Shown piece by piece: positions 21,613-29,969 of a stretch of 64,000 nt of DNA. Within the stretch, counting starts at the first letter, position 1. Each line of letters opens with the position of its first letter. This DNA comes from Gemmataceae bacterium. Its GTDB lineage: Bacteria > Planctomycetota > Planctomycetia > Gemmatales > HRBIN36. A program made the position numbers and the translations under genes. Below the pieces are notes generated by a model that worked only from the letters and a program-made list of their open reading frames with translations, was not told where the DNA came from and did not search any database. Where the stretch lies: assembly GCA_040289265.1 (NCBI GenBank), contig PSKW01000012.1, positions 11,900 to 75,899 on the forward strand, read 5' to 3'.

Positions 21613-22239
21613 TCAGCGCGACCCGCCCATGTCGCCCACTCGGTTCGACCACATACGCTGCAAACGCACCAATGCCGCGTGCAAGCGCGACTTGACCGTG
21701 CCCACGGGGATGCCCAGCACTTCGGCGATTTCTTGATAGCGCAGCCCCTGGTAGTAAGCGAGGATCAAAGTCATGCGCAGTTTTTCCGGCAAAGCAGCCA
21801 CGCTGGCCCGCACCCACTGGCGTCTTTCAGCCTCGTCGAGACTGTCCGAGGGATCCGGGGCAGCAGACTGCACCATCGAGGTCAGTGAAACCCACTGGCC
21901 GTTGGGGCCCTGCTCGCGCCACACATCCAGGCTGACACTGGGCCGACGTCCAGCGCGTCTCATGGCATCTATTGCCTGATGCGTGGCGACGGTGTACAGC
22001 CAGGGACGAAACGGCCGCTCGGCCTGGTACTGATCCAATTTCTGGTACACCTGCAGGAACGTATTCTGGAAAACATCCTCGGCTGCGGCACGATCGCCGA
22101 GATAGCGCTCCAGATAACCAAAAAGCTCCCGCTGGTATCGCCGCACCAGGACCCCGAACGCCTCGGTTACACCCTCTCGAAAGAGTCGGATCAGCTCTTC
22201 GTCCTGGCAACGGTCCAGGGGCTTGAATTCTTCGAACAC
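21613..22239 (-). CDS. ECF (sigma-70 family group 4) sigma factor
   Basis: Region 2 reads DEELIRLFREGVTEAFGVLVRRYQRELFGYL..DVFQNTFLQVY..RPFRPWLYTVA. Region 4 reads LILAYYQGLRYQEIAEVLGIPVGTVKSRLHAAL. It has a GTG start. Confidence 0.9.
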   Translation of the reverse strand: MFEEFKPLDRCQDEELIRLFREGVTEAFGVLVRRYQRELFGYLERYLGDRAAAEDVFQNTFLQVYQKLDQYQAERPFRPWLYTVATHQAIDAMRRAGRRPSVSLDVWREQGPNGQWVSLTSMVQSAAPDPSDSLDEAERRQWVRASVAALPEKLRMTLILAYYQGLRYQEIAEVLGIPVGTVKSRLHAALVRLQRMWSNRVGDMGGSR

Positions 22240-22252
22240 CTTTCGACACCTG

Positions 22253-22277
22253 TACGCTTCAAAGGTAGGACAGGTTC
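22253..22277 (-). promoter_or_regulatory. candidate ECF-type promoter (GAACC-N16-CGTA) upstream of the ECF sigma gene
   Basis: The minus strand reads GCGAACC TGTCCTACCTTTGAAG CGTAC and ends about 14 nt before the GTG start at 22239. This matches the generic AAC/CGT ECF promoter architecture, and autoregulation is common for ECF sigmas. Confidence 0.35.
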
Positions 22278-22423
22278 GCCGGCGCTTACCGAAATCAGCT
22301 GTTATTGTCTACCGGCCAGCGGGCAAAATCAAGCGCTCTATCTCGTTTGGCTGACACCTTGCCACCGAACGAGCACCGCGGACACCGGGGGCGAGCGAAG
22401 ATGCTGGGCCGGACAGCTAGTGG

Positions 22424-25313
22424 TCACGGGGCTAGCCTGTGCCATGCCAGCAGCCACCCGGGATGGCGTCCAACAATTTCGCGCAGCAATTCCACTTGCC
22501 AGCGCGCTTTTTCTTGCGGCTTGTCGAGCAGTTCATAAAGCCACACCAGTCGCGCCTTGGCCTCGACGATGCGATCGAAGCGCGCCAGGGGAGGCATTGA
22601 CTGCCGGCGTGCTTCCAGTCCCTGTACTGCATTCAGGAGCAAAGGCTCGGCTTCGGCCAGTTTGCGGGTGCGGTCAGGAGCGTGAACCGGCTCTTCTGCT
22701 GCTTGCCCGATCAGTGCTCCTGCCACGGCCGACATGGAGGAGTAAACCGTCCACGAGTCCGGCTCGTGCTTCTGCCGTATGCGCAAGCACTCGCGAGCAA
22801 AAGGCTCGGCCTCGCTGTATTTGCGCTGTATGAGCAAACTCAGGGCCATGGCGGCCAATTCGCTAGCGTACACGGGAGACTCGGCGCCTGCCCGCTCGCG
22901 GAGAATCGGCAGCAACTTGCGACGCCAGTGGTCGCTGTCCGACAAACGCCCCAAAAGCTCGTAACATGCGCTGATATTGCGCAAAAATTGGATGGCTCGC
23001 TCGTGCCGAAACTGCATCCGCTCCAGACCCTGCACGGCGCGCAGAAAATAGGGCAAGGCTTCCGCAGGGCGGCCCGACTGGTGGAACACAGCGCCCAGAT
23101 TGTTGTACGCCACCAGAGTGTCCGGGTGGTCCGGGCCATAGCGTTTCAGATGGCATTGCAAAGCCTCTTCGAACAGCGAGCGTGCACGCTCAGGCTGACC
23201 CAGATCGAGGTAGACGCTAGCCAGGTTGTTCATAGCGGCCACGGTTTCCGGATGCTCGTCGCCGAGCGTCTTGCGGTAGGCAGCCAAATTGGTTTGCAGA
23301 AGCTGGAGCGCATCCGACAGGCGGCCCATGGCCCGATAGGCCACGGCCAGATTGTTGCGCGTGCTCAAAGTGTTGTAGTGGGTGGGGCCGATGGTTTTTT
23401 CGCGCCGTTCCAGGACCTCTTGGTAAAGAGCCGCCGCTTCGGCAAGTCGGCCTGCGTAGCGATAGACGAAAGCCAAATTGTTCAAGGCAGCCAAAGTTTC
23501 CGGATGCTCGTCGCCGAAGCGAGCGCGGAAGAGCGGTACAGCCGGCTCCAGCAGTGCCAGAGCCTCGGGGATCTGGCCACTTTCGACCAAGGCATTGGCC
23601 AGCTCGTCGAGCGCGGTCAGCGCTTCGGGCGCATCGGCGCCGTAGGCCTGGACCATTTTGCGATGGGCTTCACGGTATAGATGCAGGGCCTCGTCCAGTT
23701 GGCCGCTGCGGCGGCGCGCTTGCGCCCACTCTGCCAAGCAGCCCAACGTGTCCTCATGAGCAGGTCCCAGGTGCTGTTCCAGGGATCGGTGAGAGCGCGC
23801 CAGGACGTCGGCAGCCTCCAGGTGATAGCCCAAGGCGAGCAAAGCTTTGCCCAGCTTGTACTGCATGTGAGCCACTTCGACTTCCTGCTCGGGCGCTTCG
23901 GCGCGCAAGCTCTGCAACACGCCCACCAGACGTTTGCCCAAAACCGCGTTCAGCGGTTCTGTCGGCACATCGTCGCGCTCAAGGTTCAGATCGTCAAAGA
24001 TGGTCATCAACAGACTGTTGCGGACGCGGACGATATGCAGATTGTTCTGGGCGATATGCTGCTGTTTGCGGGCCTGTACAAGTCCCCAGGTAGTGCCGAG
24101 GATACCTACCGACAACACGGCGGCGACGATGCCCGCAGCGGCTAGCCAGAGCCGACGCCGACGTCTTTCTTCCGCCGCCTGGACTAGCATACGGGCACGC
24201 TCCAACTCCGCTTGTCGGGCGCGCTCTTCTGCCGCAGTGCGGATGCGCACCAGTTCGTCCGCTACGGCGCGGGCATCGCCGGGACGGCACTTCGGCTCGG
24301 GAGACAGGCACCGCTTGCACAACTGTACCAATTCCGGCTCGTCTTCCACGGCATCGAGCCGGCGCAGCGCCTGCGTCAAGTCTGCGTGTACCGCCTGCCG
24401 GCGTACGGCGGAAATATCGGCCCCCGGTATAAGGCGGATACCCGGTGAGGATTTCACAAAGAATGGCGCCCAAAGCAAAGACATCGCTCCGGGGATCCAC
24501 GCGATGCACTTGGCCGGCAGCCTGCTCGGGTGGCATGTAGGCAGGCGTACCCACTACCTCCCCGGTAGCAGTGCCTTCTGTGAACGGATCGGGAGTTTTG
24601 TCCAGAGCGCTCGCGGTACTCGGGTCATCGGCATCGCGTACCGTACTCTCTGCCGACACTGACGACGCGCAAGCGAGTACCTTGGCCAATCCCCAGTCCA
24701 TTACTTGGACCTCGCCGTGGGCGCCGACCATGATGTTGCTCGGCTTGAGATCACGATGGATGACCCGATGGGCATGGGCATATCCCACGGCGTGGCACAC
24801 CTGTTCGAGGATCGCCAGTAAGCGGTGGCGGCTGGCAGAACGGATGATTTGGGACAAGGTTTGTCCATGCACGAGCTTCATAGCGAGATACGGTCGGCCA
24901 TCGGGGAGCGTGCCCAGCTCGTGCACCGCCGGTATGCCAGGGTGCTGTAGCCGACCAGTGATTTTGGCTTCCGAGAAAAAGCGCTCCCTGGCAGTAGGGC
25001 TATGGGCGAAGCGTTCCTGGATACATTTGATGGCCACTTCGCGTTCCAGGCGCACGTCCCAGGCGCGAAAGACCAGGCCCATGCCGCCGCGACCGATCAA
25101 CTCCCGCAGGGTATATCCCGGGGGTGCCAAATCGCGCCAGACGCGCCGGCACAGGGTCCAAGTGGCATCGGCCTGGCTCAGTTCGTCCAGAGCCGCCTGG
25201 CACGATGGGCACTCTTCCAGATGCCGTACCAGCCGCTCGAACAGGTCGTCCGACATGTCGCCGCGCACCATGGCTTGCAAAGCCCCACGCTCGGGGCAAG
25301 CCGACGGTGTCAT
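22424..25313 (-). pseudogene. Ser/Thr protein kinase with N-terminal HxxxCxxC motif, TM segment and C-terminal TPR array; the reading frame is broken once, either a real frameshift or an assembly indel
   Basis: ORF 23994..25313 carries the kinase: GRGGMGLVFRA, AIK, HRDLKPSNIM, DWGLAK, GTPAYMPPE and DVFALGAILCEILTGYPPYTG, then Arg-rich nonsense. ORF 22424..24484, in another frame, continues with kinase subdomain XI (LVQLCKRCLSPEPKCRPGDA), a TM (LWLAAAGIVAAVLSVGILG) and TPR_10/12-like repeats. Removing one base from the C5 run at 24421..24425 joins ..YTG to ADISAVRRQ.. Confidence 0.75.
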
Positions 25314-25325
25314 GACGAGCTCCTT

Positions 25326-25980
25326 TCACAGACTCGGTTCCAGCAAGTCGGCGAACTCTTGGCGCAACCGCCGCAGTACGCGCAAGCGCGCGACGCGCAC
25401 GGCCGTAGTTGACATGCCCAGGTCTGCTGCGGCCTGTGCCGTAGGCACCTCCTCGACGACCGTCAACCAGAAGGCCTGCCAAGTCCTGGGCTCTACGTCC
25501 GTGTGCACGAGTTCCAGAGCGCGGCGCAGCAGACCCACCTTTTCGTCCGCTGTGTACTCGCCGTGCGTGTCGTCTGCTCGGGCGACCGGCTCCGGCAAGT
25601 CAGCCAATCGCTCCTGAAAAGTCGTTCCCCCTACGCCGCGCTTGCTCGCCGGCTCGGTGCCAGTCATGGATTTTGTTTTCCGTAATGCGCCACAGCCACC
25701 CGCGAAAGCTGCCGTGCCCCTGGTCCTTGCGGAAGTGCTGGATATGTCGGACTACTGCCTGGCATACCTCCTGGGTCACGTCCTCGGCGTCGCATTGTGT
25801 CAAGCCTCTTTGCCGACACCAGGCATGGATGAGAGGACTGTACAGATAGTAAAATCGTTGCCACGCCACAGGGTCGGATCGGTCCGTCGCTTGCAGACGC
25901 ACAAGCAGACTGGTACTGATAGAGCCTGCTCGCTCGCACTTGCCCGGCCTATCCCCTTGCACATCCGCTTCCATAACCAT
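25326..25980 (-). pseudogene. ECF sigma factor (kinase-associated type) split between two frames, either a real frameshift or an assembly indel
   Basis: ORF 25600..25980 holds region 2: AWQRFYYLYSPLIHAWCRQ..DAEDVTQEV..FRGWLWRITENKIHDWHR. ORF 25326..25667 holds region 4: VEEVPTAQAAADLGMSTTAVRVARLRVLRRLRQEF. The frames overlap at 25600..25667, which contains a C5 run (25627..25631). Deleting one base there restores a single protein of about 217 aa. Confidence 0.7.
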
Positions 25981-26604
25981 CCTGCTTACTATGCGGCCTC
26001 ACTCTTGGCTCACGGCTGTCGAGGACATGCTAGCGCCTGCACGGTGCGATGGTCAAGTAACAGCAATCCACGGGTAGGCCAAGCCGGCGGTAGGGAGCTT
26101 TGTGCCTCTGCGGACCGATTCGTTTTGTGTAACGCTCGCCCGTTGTATCTAGCGAGGGGCACACAGTGGACAAATAGACGGGAAAAGATCGCTCGGCGTA
26201 CGACCGGCCTGCGCAGTAGGCAGGCCAGCAGAGGCACGATCGCTGGCGAAGGCAAGCGGTACCTCCCCACCACGGCCCGGCCCATGGCCAATGCCACGCG
26301 CATCGTCGAGGGGATCGCCCATGACACGCCGTCGCTTTCTGGCGCTCTGCGCTGGGGGCGACGGCGCTCGTTTGTCGCCCATGGCAGGCCGTGGACGGCC
26401 ATCGAAAACTACCCCGAGCTAACCACCTACGGAAAAGCTGCGCGATCGGTCTGCTACGATGGCACAGCACAGTCTTAGTCACCTGGAAGCGCTAGAGCAA
26501 AAAGCTCGTGACGGGCCTGCAAGGCCGAGTGGCTAGCGACCGAATTGCCTAGGGCACGGTCTGCAAACCGGTGCAGGCGGCAACCCTCCGGGCGCGCCGA
26601 AGGG

Positions 26605-26994
26605 TCAGCGAGGCACAGCCGGACGCGTCTGCTCCTGGTCCCGCTTGTCAGCATTCCGATCGGCGTCGCGGTCCGCAGGTTTGTCCGATGGAGCAGGAGA
26701 CGGGTCCTGGGACTGAGGAATCCCTGAAACGAACCCCGGCGGCGGGGGTACGACAGGCGCCGTCAGTATGCCGCCCCGACGCGGCATGGGCATTTGGTCC
26801 GACGCCGGCTCCGCGCCCGGCACCACCCCTACACTGGTCGTACCGAAAGGCATCTGCGTGGGCGGAGGCACGCTGCCGAACTCGGGATAGTTCGGGGCCA
26901 ACCACAACAGCAAAGCCAGTGTCCCCACCATGGCCACGTACGCCAGCGCCGCCAATCCGATCGAGCGCAGCTCGCGAGCATTCATCGGCGTCAT
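26605..26994 (-). CDS. small single-pass membrane protein with a Pro-rich tail
   Basis: This is ORF 26605..27036 trimmed to the ATG at 26994, which overlaps the upstream stop as ATGA. It has the TM segment IGLAALAYVAMVGTLALLLWL, then a Pro-rich and charged tail. Confidence 0.55.
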   Translation of the reverse strand: MTPMNARELRSIGLAALAYVAMVGTLALLLWLAPNYPEFGSVPPPTQMPFGTTSVGVVPGAEPASDQMPMPRRGGILTAPVVPPPPGFVSGIPQSQDPSPAPSDKPADRDADRNADKRDQEQTRPAVPR

Positions 26995-28253
26995 GGCATT
27001 GACCCTTCCTCGGGCGTCACGTCCAGGAAACGGCACTGCACGGCGAAAAGATCCACAGGAGATAAAGACTGGTCCAGCGGCTCTGCCCCCAGGCGATCGC
27101 TACGCCCGATGACCGCTCCCGCCGGAGCTGGCCCGCCGAACATCACAGCACTGAAACACCTGGTCCAATGATCCCGGCCACCGCGGCGGTTCACCCACGG
27201 AGTACGACCGATCTCGCCGCTGACTACGACCAAGACGTCGCCCGCGAGCCCCCGGTCCCATACGTCGTCCACCAGCGCCGCCAGTGCGCGATCCAGCGTC
27301 GGACAAAGTGTCTTCGCGTAGTCGGCCAGGGAACTGTTTAGGCCAGCTCCGTTGGCGTGGCAATCCCACGTGATGCGGTTGTACAAGCCAGTGAACATAT
27401 TGACCGTGACCAGGGGCACTCCTGCTTCCACCAGCCGGCGGGCTATCAGGCAGCGACGGCCAAAAGGCTCGTGGCCATAGCGCTCGCGCACCCGGTCGGG
27501 TTCCCGCCTCCAGTCGAGGGCATACCGCAGCGCAGCGGTCTCCTCAATCTGCAGGCGGGGAGCGCCACAAGGGGCCGTCTCTTCTTGGTCAGCCGTTTGT
27601 CCGACAGGCTGAGCATCCAGGTGACCTATGCCGACTGGACAATCCCGCCGGATTTTGCTCCATGTGCTGTCGGCTGGTCCATCCCCCGCGCAGAAGGGCG
27701 CTGCATCGGCAGTCCAGTTGCCAGGCGCTTGGCCACTGCTCAAAGGAGCGCCTGTATCGCCTAGGCAATCCGGAAGAATGACCCAGGAGGGCAAGCCCCG
27801 CGCAGAACGCCAGCGGCGACAAACATAGACTCCCAAATGAGGCCGCTGGTGCCCGTGCACGGACAGCCCACCTGTCTGCAAGAGCTGGAAGCCGATCTCG
27901 TGCACAGGCGGTTCGGCATGTGCCATCCCTCGCACGACGGTCAAACGATGAGCGCGCGCCGCCAACAGGGGCAGGAGTTCGCTGAAATACACGCCGGGCA
28001 AGCGGGTGCGTACCACGCCGTACGGGCCACGCACTTCCGGGGGTGCATTCGGTTTCGGATCGAAAGTTTCGTGACTGCTCGGTCCGCCCACGAGATGGAT
28101 CTGAATACACCGCGGCGACGCAGATCGGCTGCCGAAGGACCCCAGGGCCTGGAGCGTTTCGTAGCCCGACCAAAGCGCAGCTCCGGAGGCCCACAAAAAA
28201 TCCCTGCGCGACCCGCGCCACACCGGACCGGAATAGGACCATGACACCGACAT
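26991..28253 (-). CDS. DUF1501-family (sulfatase-fold) protein with Tat-type signal
   Basis: This is ORF 26991..28343 trimmed to M31 (ATG at 28253). It has the twin-arginine motif GSRRDFLWASGAALW. HLVGGPSSHETFDPKP and the C-terminal GRDHW are typical of DUF1501. Confidence 0.85.
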   Translation of the reverse strand: MSVSWSYSGPVWRGSRRDFLWASGAALWSGYETLQALGSFGSRSASPRCIQIHLVGGPSSHETFDPKPNAPPEVRGPYGVVRTRLPGVYFSELLPLLAARAHRLTVVRGMAHAEPPVHEIGFQLLQTGGLSVHGHQRPHLGVYVCRRWRSARGLPSWVILPDCLGDTGAPLSSGQAPGNWTADAAPFCAGDGPADSTWSKIRRDCPVGIGHLDAQPVGQTADQEETAPCGAPRLQIEETAALRYALDWRREPDRVRERYGHEPFGRRCLIARRLVEAGVPLVTVNMFTGLYNRITWDCHANGAGLNSSLADYAKTLCPTLDRALAALVDDVWDRGLAGDVLVVVSGEIGRTPWVNRRGGRDHWTRCFSAVMFGGPAPAGAVIGRSDRLGAEPLDQSLSPVDLFAVQCRFLDVTPEEGSMP

Positions 28254-28376
28254 AGCTTTACCAACCCCACGAGGTACGTCGGCCAGCACCCTACTCGCTC
28301 TTAGGCACATGATACCCAAAAGCGCCGCATTGGGCAAAGGCACTGCTCGATGCGGCGAGGTGCTGCCTGCATTTTG

Positions 28377-29162
28377 CTAGGGCAAACTAGGGGTCGGCTG
28401 GTCGCGTCCCCCGCGCGCACGGGCCAGAATCTCTTTCATTTCGCGCACTGCCCGCTCCATGCCCACGAGCACGGCGCGTGCAACGATGCTGTGGCCGATA
28501 TTCAACTCTTCCACTTCTGGGATGCCGGCGATGGGGACGACATTGCGATAATTGAGGCCGTGTCCCATATGGACGCAGAGGCCATGACTACGGGCCAGTC
28601 GGGCGGCTTCGCGCAAAGCATTGTATTCGTGTCGCCACAGCGTCCGATCCGGTTTCGAGCCCGCGCCGCGGCGCAAGGTCGCTTCGGCATAGCGGGCAGT
28701 CTGGATTTCCACGGCATCGGCGCCCAGCACTTTAGCCATCTCTATCTGCCGCGGATCGGGATCTATGAAGAGGGAAACGTAGATGCCGAGCTCTTGCAGA
28801 CGGCAGATAGCCTTGTGGACGGCGGCCTCGTGCGTTACCAGGTCCAAGCCGCCCTCGGTAGTAAGTTCCTGCCGTCGCTCGGGCACCAGGGTCGCTTCGT
28901 CGGGCCGGATCTCGACGGCGATGCGCACCATTTCTTCGACCGCCGCCATTTCCAGATTCAGCCGCGTGGCAATGGTCTGCCGCAGCAAGTGCAGGTCGCG
29001 ATCCTGGATATGCCTGCGATCCTCGCGCAGATGGATTGTGATGCCATCGGCACCACCCAGCTCAGCGAGCACAGCAGCGGCAATCGGATCCGGCTCGCTC
29101 GCCCGCCGCGCCTGACGTAAAGTCGCTACGTGGTCAATATTGACCCCCAGTCGGATGGTCAT
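28377..29162 (-). CDS. pdxJ: pyridoxine 5'-phosphate synthase
   Basis: [28 protein letters not shown], and the [15 protein letters not shown] tail match PdxJ. Confidence 0.93.
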   Translation of the reverse strand: MTIRLGVNIDHVATLRQARRASEPDPIAAAVLAELGGADGITIHLREDRRHIQDRDLHLLRQTIATRLNLEMAAVEEMVRIAVEIRPDEATLVPERRQELTTEGGLDLVTHEAAVHKAICRLQELGIYVSLFIDPDPRQIEMAKVLGADAVEIQTARYAEATLRRGAGSKPDRTLWRHEYNALREAARLARSHGLCVHMGHGLNYRNVVPIAGIPEVEELNIGHSIVARAVLVGMERAVREMKEILARARGGRDQPTPSLP

Positions 29163-29728
29163 GGCTCGTCACGTCCCAGACGCTCTATCCGATAACGTCG
29201 CAGTTCCCAGCCCAAGGTCCGAAACCCCAAATAGGCCACCAACAAATCGTCCACCTGACTGAGGACCGGTATGGACGGTAGGGGATTGAAATAACCGCTC
29301 AGCCAAGTCCAAAGTGTCAGGTACAGGACCGCAAGCAAACAGACGACGCGTGTCGTCCAAGAGACACGATAGCTGGGATCTATGCACATGCGCCAAGTAG
29401 TGGCAAAATCGGACCAGATGGTGCGCAGCAAGCCTCCCGAGGGCAAGCTCCGACGCCGCGGCGGCTGACTTTGCCCGGCTACATCCACCCGCTCCTCGAG
29501 GGCCCGGACGCGCTGGGCGATAGCAGCCACCGTGTCCTCCAACCGTTCCACGCGTTCCGCCAGCCCAGGAGCTGCGCTCTCGACGGTCGCCAATATTGCG
29601 CCGTCGTTGTCCCGCACCTCTGGCGGCTTCTCTGCGGCTCCGTGGGATACCGCTTCGTTTTCGTATCCGCTGAGCATGGCACCGCTCCCCGCGTGACCGA
29701 ACCGAATCTTTGTATCTGGATGCTGCAC
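29159..29728 (-). CDS. hypothetical membrane protein with a coiled-coil segment
   Basis: The 189-aa ORF has a stop that overlaps the pdxJ start (ATGA). It contains the heptad-like [26 protein letters not shown] and a C-terminal hydrophobic region. Confidence 0.55.
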   Translation of the reverse strand: MQHPDTKIRFGHAGSGAMLSGYENEAVSHGAAEKPPEVRDNDGAILATVESAAPGLAERVERLEDTVAAIAQRVRALEERVDVAGQSQPPRRRSLPSGGLLRTIWSDFATTWRMCIDPSYRVSWTTRVVCLLAVLYLTLWTWLSGYFNPLPSIPVLSQVDDLLVAYLGFRTLGWELRRYRIERLGRDEP

Positions 29729-29969
29729 CCGGCGACTTTATCCTTGGGCCGACACGTTCAGCGATCGCGACCGGCACGCTCTCCCCTATTAGTTTATTCG
29801 CACAAGCACGGCAGTCCGCACAGGCTTGTACGTGCTGGCTGCTTGTGGCAGCCTGGACGCTTCGGACGGACCGGAAAAGGCACACGGGGCGCGCCGGTGA
29901 ATTGCCTGGCTCTCCGCTCATCCGTGGCAGGGCAAGCGCACCGAACATGAGGGGCGTTGCCAGTGATCC

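Noticed and set aside
22682-23680. Long antisense ORFs opposite well-supported genes: 22682..23680, 32184..33038, 33144..34211, 34233..35171, 39189..40151, 50222..51481, 54487..55215, 55369..56280, 58693..59370 and 61657..62931.
   Set aside because: These are high-GC shadow frames with Arg/Gly/His-rich or repeat-mirroring composition. Each overlaps a gene with clear family motifs on the other strand.
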